DNA from: Vicinamibacteria bacterium
GTDB taxonomy: Bacteria > Acidobacteriota > Vicinamibacteria > Fen-336 > JAGNNV01
DNA length: 64,000 bases
NCBI GenBank assembly: GCA_031412915.1
Contig: JANODX010000286.1
Coordinates: 3,063-67,062 of the forward strand
Reading direction: 5' to 3'
A program made the position numbers and the translations under genes. Every line of letters starts with the position of its first letter. Position 1 is the first letter of the stretch. This document shows positions 30,289 through 39,136 of this stretch, piece by piece. The notes below the pieces were generated by a model. The model saw only the letters and a list, made by a program, of their open reading frames with translations, was not told the DNA's origin and searched no databases.

Positions 30289-31044
30289 ATGGTTCAGGCG
30301 ATTCCCGAAGGCGTTGGCAACATCGTTCCCTACCTGTGCGTCCGCGGAGCGAAGAAGGCCATCGAGTTCTACCAGGCCGCCTTCGACGCGCAGGTCATGT
30401 CGGTGATGCCTTTTGGCGACGATCTGGTCGGCCACGCGGATTTGAAGATCGGAGGGTCGCGCTTGTACCTCGCCGACGAGATGCCGGGATGGGGGGCGGT
30501 GAAATCACCCTCGTCCCTCAAGGGCGCCACCGCCAACATTCATCTCTGGGTCGAGGACTGCGACGCGGCGTTCGCCCGGGCGGTGGCGGCGGGGGCCAAG
30601 GTAATCATGCCCCTGACCGACCAGTTCTGGGGCGACCGGTATGGCATGGTCTCCGATCCCTTCGGCCAGATCTGGGCGATTACGTCCCACCGGGAAGACC
30701 TGACTCCTGAAGAAATGATGCGGCGAGGTCAGGAGGCGATGGCGCAGATGGCACAGGCGGCGCCTCCCGCGCCGAGGCAGAAGCGGAAGAAGTCGAGCCC
30801 GAAACCGAGGCCCCAGCCGAAGCCCAAGCCCAAGCCGAAGGTCCTGAAAGACAACGGTCCCTCCGAAGCCGTTGCTTCCCCTTCCGCTTCCGCCGCCGTG
30901 GCGCAGTCCTCGAAGGTGGACAAGGCCTCGAAGAAGGGGAAGAAGGCGAAGTCCGCAAAGAAGGGGAAATCGGGCAAGTCCAAGAAGTCGAAGAAGGACA
31001 AGAAATCGAAGAAGGACAAGAAGCGCAAGAAGTCCAGAGGCTAG
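30289..31044 (+). CDS. VOC/PhnB-family protein with Lys-rich C-terminal tail
   Basis: PYLCVRGAKKAIEFY, HADL, DQFWGDRYG..DPFG; tail rich in K/P/S. Confidence 0.85.
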   Translation: MVQAIPEGVGNIVPYLCVRGAKKAIEFYQAAFDAQVMSVMPFGDDLVGHADLKIGGSRLYLADEMPGWGAVKSPSSLKGATANIHLWVEDCDAAFARAVAAGAKVIMPLTDQFWGDRYGMVSDPFGQIWAITSHREDLTPEEMMRRGQEAMAQMAQAAPPAPRQKRKKSSPKPRPQPKPKPKPKVLKDNGPSEAVASPSASAAVAQSSKVDKASKKGKKAKSAKKGKSGKSKKSKKDKKSKKDKKRKKSRG

Positions 31045-31054
31045 TCGCCGCCCT

Positions 31055-31960
31055 TCAGGGGGCGAATCTCAACCGCGCTCCCCTCGCGCCGACCTCGATG
31101 CGCACCTGGCCAAGGGTTGCCGCGTGGGCCGCCGGGTTGCCTTGAACGGAGAAGCGCGCCTCGATGATGCCGCGTCTTGTCGGGCTCGCCTTCACGACGT
31201 CGAGGGTCACGCCCTCGGGTCCGCCGAACGCGATTTCGCCGGGCCCGTTCCCGGCCTTCGCGGTCCAGCCCCCGGGCAGAACATGTTTTTTCAGGAGTTC
31301 GCGATCGGCGGCGTCGAGGGCGAGAACCAGGCCGGTGACGTCACCCAGCACGGCGGTCTGCCGGTCCTTGGTTCTTCCGATCTTCGCGACGTAGCGATCG
31401 AGGACTTCGCCGCGGGTGATCCCGCGCGCAGGCGTCAGTTCCGGGTACCAGCCGGCCAGGAAGTCCTTGTGATACTCCATCAGCCACAGGCGAAGGCTGG
31501 CCGCAGCACTTCGTCCGGAGGTCATGTGGAACCACATCGGCTCGGTGGCCTCGGTGCGCCGCGTGACCGGCGCCGTTGCCGCCCCGCCCAGAGATTCGTT
31601 CCACGCCGCCGCGATCGCCCCTGATTCGCCTGCGCCCTCGACACCGAACGCAATTCCGCTACCTCCCACGGGGCCCTGCGAGGGTGGCTCGAAGACCTCG
31701 AAGTACGTCCTGCGTCCATACCAGTAGGCCCCGGTGTAGGTATCGTCGTTGCGCACGGTGGTGCGCTTCTCGAACGGCGCGAAGGTGGTGGTGAGGTACG
31801 GGTCGGCGACGATCGCTTTGTAACTCTCGGCACTTATGACCACGAAGAAGTGGTTGAGGAGGACCGCGGGGCTTGCGGCCTCGGCGAGCCTCGGCTTCGG
31901 GGTCGGAAACACGGCGAGAATGGAGGTGGCGAGGACGCGCAGGAGGCGGTATGGGGTCAT
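31055..31960 (-). CDS. Secreted hypothetical protein (DUF5829-like)
   Basis: LNHFFVV, RTTVR..TYTGAY.YGRRTYFE, WLMEY; signal peptide. Confidence 0.6.
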   Translation of the reverse strand: MTPYRLLRVLATSILAVFPTPKPRLAEAASPAVLLNHFFVVISAESYKAIVADPYLTTTFAPFEKRTTVRNDDTYTGAYWYGRRTYFEVFEPPSQGPVGGSGIAFGVEGAGESGAIAAAWNESLGGAATAPVTRRTEATEPMWFHMTSGRSAAASLRLWLMEYHKDFLAGWYPELTPARGITRGEVLDRYVAKIGRTKDRQTAVLGDVTGLVLALDAADRELLKKHVLPGGWTAKAGNGPGEIAFGGPEGVTLDVVKASPTRRGIIEARFSVQGNPAAHAATLGQVRIEVGARGARLRFAP

Positions 31961-32062
31961 GGGGCGGGATCCTCCATTCGTGAGTGTGCGCGGGCACACG
32001 CGCGAAGGTAAGGTAACCCGCCGCCCGCCCCGTCGTCAATGGTCCGGCGGTCTGCCCCTCGT

Positions 32063-33298
32063 ATGCGAATTCCTCTCGACCTCTCGATCGCTGTTCGCTA
32101 CCTGCTCAAGCGCCAGGGCGGAGGATTCCTCACCGTGATCGCCACGATCGCGGTTCTAGGGGTGGCGGTCGGGGTGATGGCCCTCTTTATCGCCCTCGGC
32201 CTGATGACCGGCCTCCAGGGCGAAATTCGCAGCCGCATTCTGGGAACCACCGCCCACGTTTCGGTCTTCCGGTCGCGCGGCGAGGCCTTCGACGACCCGA
32301 CGGGGGTCGCGGCAGCGGTCTCCCGGGCGCCGGGCGTTCTGGGCGCGGCCCCCGCCTTCTACGGCAAGGCTCTGGTTTCCTCTCCCTCCTCTCAGTGGGT
32401 GGCCACCATCAAAGGTATCAGCGGCTCCGAAGGCAAGGTCACGGACCTCCCGAAGCACGTGAGCGAGGGTTCAATCGATGACCTGCAGCCCCAGGGGGAG
32501 GGCTTCCCCGGCATTCTGCTCGGGCGCGAGATGGCGACCAAGCTGGCGGTGGGAACCGGCGACATCGTCACCCTCACCATTCCCCGCGGACGCCTCACCC
32601 CTTTCGGCCCCATGCCGCAGGTTGCGAAGTTCCGCGTCGCCGGTTTCGTGAAGACCGGTTTGTTCGAATTCGACGACGGCTGGGCCTGGATATCGCTTCT
32701 CGAGGCCGAACGCCTGCTCGCGCCCTCGGGCTCGGGCTCGGTCCTCGTCGAAGCGCGGCTCAAGGATATGTATGCGGTCGACGTCGCGGAAGCCGAGATC
32801 ATCGAGGTTGTGGGACCTGGGTACGTGACCTCGGACTGGATCGAGACGAACCGCAGTCTCTTCGAAGCCCTGAAGCTCGAGAAGATCGCCATCGCCCTGA
32901 CCATCGGTCTCATCATGCTGGTCGCCGCCATCAATATCGTGGCCACCCTCATCATCATGGTCACGGAGAAGCGGCGGAGCATCGCGGTTCTGATGTCGCT
33001 CGGTGCGACACGGGCGCTGATCCGTCGGGTCTTCGTCTGGCAGGGCGCGATTCTGGGTCTGGTCGGAACCCTGGTGGGGGCGGCGACCGGAGCCGCCGCC
33101 TGCGTGGTGATGGACCGGTTTCAGCTGATCCGGATCCCGGCGGACGTCTATCAGGTGGCTTACCTGCCCTTCAAGCTCCTGCCCACCGACGCTGGATTCG
33201 TGGTCATGGGCGCATTCCTCGTGAGCCTGGTGGCGACCCTGTACCCGGCGGGGAAGGCGGCGTCCCTTCAACCGACCGAGGGGCTCCGGGCCGAATGA
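32063..33298 (+). CDS. lolE: Lipoprotein-releasing ABC permease LolC/E
   Basis: IAVRYL, GVAVGV, DWIETN..LF.ALKLEK, IAVLMSLGA, ATLYPA. Confidence 0.85.
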   Translation: MRIPLDLSIAVRYLLKRQGGGFLTVIATIAVLGVAVGVMALFIALGLMTGLQGEIRSRILGTTAHVSVFRSRGEAFDDPTGVAAAVSRAPGVLGAAPAFYGKALVSSPSSQWVATIKGISGSEGKVTDLPKHVSEGSIDDLQPQGEGFPGILLGREMATKLAVGTGDIVTLTIPRGRLTPFGPMPQVAKFRVAGFVKTGLFEFDDGWAWISLLEAERLLAPSGSGSVLVEARLKDMYAVDVAEAEIIEVVGPGYVTSDWIETNRSLFEALKLEKIAIALTIGLIMLVAAINIVATLIIMVTEKRRSIAVLMSLGATRALIRRVFVWQGAILGLVGTLVGAATGAAACVVMDRFQLIRIPADVYQVAYLPFKLLPTDAGFVVMGAFLVSLVATLYPAGKAASLQPTEGLRAE

Positions 33299-33978
33299 GC
33301 GCTCTGGTCCTCGAGGCCAGGAACCTCTGGAAGGCCTACCAGGGGCCGACGGGGTCGATCGACGTTCTCAAGGGCGTCGACCTCAAAGTGGCGCGCGGCG
33401 AAGTGGTGGCCCTGGTAGGTGCTTCGGGGGTGGGGAAATCGACGCTCCTGAACGTTCTCGGTTCTCTCGATTCCCCCGACCAGGGCGAAGCCCTTCTGGC
33501 CGGAGTCTCTCTTTCCGGGGCCACCGCGTCGGGGCGCGCGCGGATCAGGAACGAGGCCATCGGCTTTGTGTTCCAGTTCCATCACCTGCTGCCCGAATTC
33601 ACCGCGATCGAGAACGTCGCCATCAAGCTGCGGCTGCGCGGGATCGCGAAGCCCCACGCCCTGGCCGAAGCCCGCGTCCTCCTCGAGCGCTTCGGTCTGC
33701 AGGCTCGCCTCCACCACGCGCCGGATGCGCTGTCCGGCGGAGAGCAGCAAAGGGTGGCGGTGGCGCGGGCACTTCTGGGGGACCCTCAGGTTCTGCTCGC
33801 CGACGAGCCAACCGGGAACCTCGATCCGCGCACCGCCCTGGCCCTCTTCGAGGAACTGCGCACGGTCGCGCGCGAGCGCGGCATCGCGATTCTCTGGGCC
33901 ACCCACAACGAGGCTCTCGCGAAGCGCAGCGATCGCATCCTGCGCCTGCAGGACGGTCAATTGGCGCCCGCGTCCTGA
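33295..33978 (+). CDS. lolD: Lipoprotein-releasing ABC ATPase LolD
   Basis: GASGVGKST, GFVFQFHHLLPEF (LolD motif), LSGGEQQR, DEPTGNLD. Confidence 0.9.
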   Translation: MSALVLEARNLWKAYQGPTGSIDVLKGVDLKVARGEVVALVGASGVGKSTLLNVLGSLDSPDQGEALLAGVSLSGATASGRARIRNEAIGFVFQFHHLLPEFTAIENVAIKLRLRGIAKPHALAEARVLLERFGLQARLHHAPDALSGGEQQRVAVARALLGDPQVLLADEPTGNLDPRTALALFEELRTVARERGIAILWATHNEALAKRSDRILRLQDGQLAPAS

Positions 33979-34003
33979 CCAGACTGCCGGCCTCGGTCTC
34001 GAG

Positions 34004-34324
34004 TTACGGCTTTACCGGTTCCACCGCCGGCGCGTTCCGCAGGGCCTGGGAAATGTTGTACTTCAGCTCGGGGGCGAGCTTCGTCACCTTGAAGTCGGGC
34101 ACCGCCTTCACCCGACAGGCGAGGCCGGTCATGGTTCGGCCCGCCACCTCATACTTGACCTCGCAGTATCGGCACTCCGCATTCCAGCAGTAGCCGCCGG
34201 TTCCGACCTCGGGGGCGACATACTGAAGCTGACGCAGCAGGATGTTGTTCTCGGGAACCTCGAATCGCTTTCCGAGCACGTCGATGGGTATGAGTTTGTC
34301 GTAGGGCTCGTACAGGTCGGCCAT
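34004..34324 (-). CDS. Small [2Fe-2S] ferredoxin-like protein
   Basis: CWNAECRYC...LAC (C-x4-C-x2-C...C); 106 aa. Confidence 0.65.
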   Translation of the reverse strand: MADLYEPYDKLIPIDVLGKRFEVPENNILLRQLQYVAPEVGTGGYCWNAECRYCEVKYEVAGRTMTGLACRVKAVPDFKVTKLAPELKYNISQALRNAPAVEPVKP

Positions 34325-34365
34325 GGGGAATGATAAGGTGCCTGCCCGGTAAAGTACGCCCTGCA

Positions 34366-34914
34366 ATGAAGATCGCGTTCGTGGGCTCGCACGGCGTAGG
34401 AAAGACGACACTCTGCTTCGATCTGGCCGCGCAATTGAAGCGGCGCGGCATCAACGCCGACATGGTGAAGGAGGTGGCGCGGGCCTCGCCTCTGCCCGTC
34501 AACCGCAAGACCTCGCGCGAGTCCCAGCTCTGGATCCTCACCACCCAGGTCGCCGAGGAGATCCGAGCCGCGTCGCACTCCGAGGTGGTGATTTGCGACC
34601 GGGCCGCCCTCGACAATTACGCGTACTTCTTCCTCGCCTGCGGTCGCGACCCCGCGGTGGAGAAGTTCGTGGAGATGTGGATGAAGACCTACGACCTGCT
34701 CATCCGGGTTCCCGTGGTCGCCGAGGTTCCGGAGGACGGCTTCCGGGACACCGATCTCCTGTTCGTGCACGAAATCGACAAGAAGGTGAAGGCGCTGCTT
34801 CTGGCGAGCCAGGCGTCCTTCCTGGATCTCCAGGCTGTGCCCCGAAAGCAATGGTCGGAAGCCGCGCTCGAAGGAGCCCTCACCCATCCGAGCCTGCGGC
34901 AGGGACGGCTCTAG
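34366..34914 (+). CDS. P-loop NTPase (AAA_28/NadR-kinase-like)
   Basis: MKIAFVGSHGVGKTT, EVAR, ICDRAALD, YDLL. Confidence 0.8.
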   Translation: MKIAFVGSHGVGKTTLCFDLAAQLKRRGINADMVKEVARASPLPVNRKTSRESQLWILTTQVAEEIRAASHSEVVICDRAALDNYAYFFLACGRDPAVEKFVEMWMKTYDLLIRVPVVAEVPEDGFRDTDLLFVHEIDKKVKALLLASQASFLDLQAVPRKQWSEAALEGALTHPSLRQGRL

Positions 34915-35079
34915 CAGCCCGTGGTGAAAGTCCGCCGGCATTCGACGAACGCTGCATCCCGTCTGGACTTCTTCGCTCAGACGCCCGAATATTCGCGATA
35001 TTCGGGCGCTTCGGCTCATCGCCAGCCGGGCGCATCGCTCGTCTCGGTGCCGCGGCCGACTTTCACCACGGGCTGCTAG
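34911..35079. mobile_element. MITE / IS remnant with perfect 22-bp terminal inverted repeats
   Basis: CTAGCAGCCCGTGGTGAAAGTC (34911-34932) and GACTTTCACCACGGGCTGCTAG (35058-35079); CTAG at both ends; no internal gene. Confidence 0.75.
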
Positions 35080-35104
35080 GCCCGGACCTTGATAACCTCC
35101 GTCC

Positions 35105-35557
35105 ATGACCATCATGGAGAGAGTCACCGCGGACACCGTGACAGCGATGAAGGCGAAGGACCAGCCGCGGGTGGAGGCCCTGCGTCTGCTGAAGTCGGAG
35201 CTCAAGAAGAAAGAGATCGACAAGCGGTCGCCCCTCGATGAGGCCGAGGCGCAGAAAGTGATCGAGAGCCTGGCCAAGCAAAGGCAGGATTCGATCGAGC
35301 AGTTTGGGAAGGCCGGCCGAAGCGAGCTGGTCGCCCGGGAACAGGCGGATCTCGCCATTCTGCAGGGCTTCCTCCCCGAAGGGGCGACCGACGAGGAGAT
35401 CCGGGAGGAAGTCGATAAGGCGGCCGCGGCTCTGGGCGCCCCGACCGCGAAGGACATGGGTGCGGTGATGAAGGGGGCACTCGCCGCCCTCAAGCTGACC
35501 GGCAAGGTCGTCGATGGAAAGAAAGTCAGCGAAGCCGTGAAGGCGCGCCTCGCGTAG
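35105..35557 (+). CDS. GatB/YqeY domain protein
   Basis: AMKAKD...LRLLKS, KQRQDSIEQF..AGR.EL, KDMGAVM, DGK. Confidence 0.92.
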   Translation: MTIMERVTADTVTAMKAKDQPRVEALRLLKSELKKKEIDKRSPLDEAEAQKVIESLAKQRQDSIEQFGKAGRSELVAREQADLAILQGFLPEGATDEEIREEVDKAAAALGAPTAKDMGAVMKGALAALKLTGKVVDGKKVSEAVKARLA

Positions 35558-35574
35558 GCCGAAGCGTCAAAGCG

Positions 35575-36672
35575 ATGGGAAGAGATCGAGTTTCACGCGC
35601 CGCGACCCGGGTCATGGTGGGGTTCGACGGCCAGGTTGCGAGCGACCACGCCAAACGAATGATCCGCGATTTCCGCGTGCAGTCCCTGATCCTGTTCAAG
35701 CGCAATATCGATACGCCGGCCCAGGTCGCCGAACTGGTCCGCGAGCTTCAGGGCCTGGCCCTGGAGGCGGGCTATGCGCGGCCGTTGCTCCTGGCCATCG
35801 ACCAGGAAGGCGGGCGGGTTCAGCGTTTGCGCGAGCCCTGGACGGTCTGGCCGGCGATCCGGAGGCTGGGCGAACTCGATTCCGAGGACCTGGTGCGGCG
35901 CATGGCCGAGGCGATCGCCAGCGAGCTTTCGGCCTGCGGCATCGCCCTCGATTTCGCTCCCGTGGTGGATGTGGACACCAATCCCAAAAACCCGATCATC
36001 GGCGATCGGTCCTTTGGATCCGATCCCGAACACGTGGGCAGACTCGGGGCCGTCTTTGTCGGCGCCCTGCAGGCCAAAGGAGTCGCGGCCTGCGCGAAGC
36101 ACTTTCCCGGGCACGGCGATACCGACATGGACTCCCACCTCGACCTGCCCATGGTCGAGCATTCCCGATCGAGGCTCGACGCGGTCGAGCTCGTGCCCTT
36201 CAGGAAGGCCATCGCCGCGAAGGTGGCCGCGATCATGACCGCACACATCGTGGTTCGGGAGCTCGACGAGAACGTCCCGGCAACACTCTCCCCCCATATC
36301 GTGACCACGCTTCTGCGCGGCGAACTGGGTTACCAGGGCGTGGTGGTGGCGGACGACCTCGAGATGAAGGCGGTCTCCGCGAACTGGCCGTTCTCGGTCT
36401 CGGCGGTCCTGGCCGCCCAGGCGGGTTGCGACCTACTCCCGGTTTGCCAGCATGAAGACGCTCAGGTGGAGGCGATCGAAGCGCTGGTTCGGGCGGAGGA
36501 AAGCGGGGAACTGCGCAAGCGGGACATCGACGACTCTCTGCTAAGAATCGAGGCCATGATCGACAAGTACACCCTGCCCTATTCGGAGCCCACGCCCAAG
36601 GCCGCGATCGCCGCGGCCGGCCGAACCGAGTTCCGTCTGCTGGCCGCCGAAATAGGCGGTCTACCTCTGTGA
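35575..36672 (+). CDS. nagZ: Beta-N-acetylhexosaminidase (GH3)
   Basis: DQEGGRVQR, FAPVVD, KHFPGHG.T..DSH, DDLEM. Confidence 0.93.
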   Translation: MGRDRVSRAATRVMVGFDGQVASDHAKRMIRDFRVQSLILFKRNIDTPAQVAELVRELQGLALEAGYARPLLLAIDQEGGRVQRLREPWTVWPAIRRLGELDSEDLVRRMAEAIASELSACGIALDFAPVVDVDTNPKNPIIGDRSFGSDPEHVGRLGAVFVGALQAKGVAACAKHFPGHGDTDMDSHLDLPMVEHSRSRLDAVELVPFRKAIAAKVAAIMTAHIVVRELDENVPATLSPHIVTTLLRGELGYQGVVVADDLEMKAVSANWPFSVSAVLAAQAGCDLLPVCQHEDAQVEAIEALVRAEESGELRKRDIDDSLLRIEAMIDKYTLPYSEPTPKAAIAAAGRTEFRLLAAEIGGLPL

Positions 36673-37622
36673 TTCGCCCGAAGGCCCTCGGTCCCGGATC
36701 GCGCGTCGCCGTCATCGCCCCGGGAGGGCGGGTGGTGAAGGAGCGGGTGGAGGAGGGATTGGACGGCCTGCGTTCGATGGGCTTCGAACCGGTTCTGGGC
36801 GAGAATGTCTTCAAGAGAAACCTCCATCAGGCCGGGCTCGACGACGAGCGGTTGTCCGACCTCATCTGGTCTCTGACCGACCCCGCGATCGACGGCGTGG
36901 TCTGTGCTCGCGGCGGGGAGGGGGCCACCTCTTTGCTGCCCTGGCTCGAGGCCGCGCGCGTCGAACCGCGCGTGTTCTGCGGGTATTCGGACGCGACGGC
37001 ACTGCACGCCTGGCTTCAGCGCAATGGATGGGTGACGTTCTACGGGCCGATGGTGGCGGCGGAGATGGCGAGCGGTGGGTTCGACCTGAACAGCTTCATC
37101 GGCGAGGTCACGGGGGTAAGGACCGAGCACTCCATGAAGGTTCGCTTTCTCAGAGCGGGACAGGCGGAGGGTGTGCTTTCGGGAGGTTGTTTGTCCCTGC
37201 TCGCCTCCCTGGCCGGCACGGAGTGGGCTCTGCCCTGGAGCGGGCGCTCCATCCTGCTCATCGAGGATGTGTCGGAGCCGCCCTACAAGGTCCACCGCAT
37301 GCTCACCCAGCTGCGGGACTCTCAATCGCTGCGCGATGTGAAGGGCATCGTCTTCGGCACGATGGCGAAGTGCGAACCGGCGGCGGACGACGGATTCACT
37401 CTCGAAGAGGTCCTGCTGGACGCGCTCAAGGGTTTCGAGGGGCCAATCGCCATCGGCCTGCCCATCGGTCATTGCGCCGAGCCCATGCTGACTCTGCCTT
37501 TGGGGATCAAGGTTCTTCTGTCCCCCGAAGACCCGCCCGGTTCGTCCGCCCCGCCGGTCGGGCGTTTGCATCTGACCGAACTCGGCGTCGCCGAAGAAGA
37601 CGTGGTCGTGCTGGAAGAATAG
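36669..37622 (+). CDS. ldcA: Muramoyltetrapeptide LD-carboxypeptidase (S66)
   Basis: ARGG, GYSDAT, GP, GGCLS, EDVSE, IGH. Confidence 0.88.
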   Translation: MIRPKALGPGSRVAVIAPGGRVVKERVEEGLDGLRSMGFEPVLGENVFKRNLHQAGLDDERLSDLIWSLTDPAIDGVVCARGGEGATSLLPWLEAARVEPRVFCGYSDATALHAWLQRNGWVTFYGPMVAAEMASGGFDLNSFIGEVTGVRTEHSMKVRFLRAGQAEGVLSGGCLSLLASLAGTEWALPWSGRSILLIEDVSEPPYKVHRMLTQLRDSQSLRDVKGIVFGTMAKCEPAADDGFTLEEVLLDALKGFEGPIAIGLPIGHCAEPMLTLPLGIKVLLSPEDPPGSSAPPVGRLHLTELGVAEEDVVVLEE

Positions 37623-37625
37623 GCA

Positions 37626-39026
37626 TTGAAGGTGCATATTTCGGGCGTTTGCGGCACCGCGACCGCATCGCTCGCCGGCCTGCTCGTGGCCAAGGGCCAC
37701 CAGGTGACCGGTTCCGACCAGGATGTCTATCCGCCCATGTCCGACGAACTCGCGCGCATGGGGGTGCCGGTCTGTTCTCCCTATTCCGCGATCAACATCC
37801 CGGAAGATGCCGAGATCGTGGTGATCGGGAACGCGCTGTCGCGAGGGAATCCCGAAGTCGAGGCGGTTCTCGATGCGAAGCGCCGGTACACGTCCCAGGC
37901 GGCGCTTCTCGCCGAAGAGTTCCTGCGCGATCGCACCTCCATCGTGGTGGCGGGAACGCACGGCAAGACCACGACCACTTCCATGCTGACCCACGTCCTC
38001 CGGCACGCCGGTCTGGATCCCTCGTTCCTGATCGGGGGCGTGAGTCTCGACCTCGGAACGAGTTACGGCCTCGGATCCGGTCCGCATTTCGTCGTGGAAG
38101 GCGACGAGTACGACACCGCCTTCTTCGACAAGCGACCGAAGTTCGTCCACTACCTTCCGGACATCGCCATCATCGGCAATCTCGAGTTCGACCATGCCGA
38201 TATCTATGCCGATCTCGCCGCCGTGCAACTGGCGTTCATCCGCCTGATGAGTGTGATACCGCGTCGCGGCCTGCTCATCGCCGGAATCGAGAGCCCCGGG
38301 CTCGCCCTGATCCTCGGGGGAGCGAAATCCCGGGTTGCAACTTTCGCGATCGGGGACGCTCTCGGGGCCGTGTTCCAGGCGCGGGCGGTGACCCTCTCGG
38401 CCCGGGGGGCTCGGTTCGAAGTGTTCCGCGACGGGGGTCTCCTTGGCCGCATTCAAATGAGGGCGTCCGGGAACCACAACGTCCGCAACGCCCTCGCCGC
38501 CACCGCGGCGGCCCTCGAGGCCGGGGTCTCCTTCGACCGGATCGTCGCCGCCTTCGCTGCCTTCCAAGGGGTCAAGCGACGTCTCGAGATGCGCGGGGAG
38601 GCGAAGGGGATCCGGGTCTACGACGACTTCGCCCATCATCCGACCGCGGTTCGAGAGACGGTTGCCGCTCTGCGCTCCGGGATCGACCCGGACGACCGCG
38701 TGGTGGCGATCTTCGAGCCGAGGTCGTACACCTCGCGCACCAAAGTGTTCGAGTCCGACTTCGCACGAGCCTTCGCCACCGCCGACGAAGTGGTGATTTC
38801 CCGGGCGCATCTTCCGGGCAAGGTCCCCGAGGCCCAGCGGATCAGCGAGGAGATGCTCGTGGCCTCCATCAACCGGGAGGGCGGCCGCGCCCGGTTCATA
38901 GGCGCGGTCGATGAGATCGTGACCGAAATGGCGGGAGGGCTCCGTTCCGGCGACCATGTGCTGATCCTCTCCAACGGCGCATTCGGCGGGATCCACGAGA
39001 AGTTGCTCGAAGCGTTGCGCAGCTGA
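37626..39026 (+). CDS. mpl: UDP-MurNAc:tripeptide ligase (Mpl)
   Basis: GSDQDVYPPMS, GNALSRGNPEVE, GTHGKTTT, EYDTAFFDKRPKF, DDFAHHPTA, EPRS, SNGAFGG. Confidence 0.93.
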   Translation: MKVHISGVCGTATASLAGLLVAKGHQVTGSDQDVYPPMSDELARMGVPVCSPYSAINIPEDAEIVVIGNALSRGNPEVEAVLDAKRRYTSQAALLAEEFLRDRTSIVVAGTHGKTTTTSMLTHVLRHAGLDPSFLIGGVSLDLGTSYGLGSGPHFVVEGDEYDTAFFDKRPKFVHYLPDIAIIGNLEFDHADIYADLAAVQLAFIRLMSVIPRRGLLIAGIESPGLALILGGAKSRVATFAIGDALGAVFQARAVTLSARGARFEVFRDGGLLGRIQMRASGNHNVRNALAATAAALEAGVSFDRIVAAFAAFQGVKRRLEMRGEAKGIRVYDDFAHHPTAVRETVAALRSGIDPDDRVVAIFEPRSYTSRTKVFESDFARAFATADEVVISRAHLPGKVPEAQRISEEMLVASINREGGRARFIGAVDEIVTEMAGGLRSGDHVLILSNGAFGGIHEKLLEALRS

Positions 39027-39136
39027 GCCCCGGGGTTCCTCGGCTCAACAACGCCCCGTCGAATTGTGGTATGACACTCCCCATGAAGACGTTGGGGATC
39101 GTCCCCGGGCAGGGCCAAACAGTCTCAAGAGGAGTT

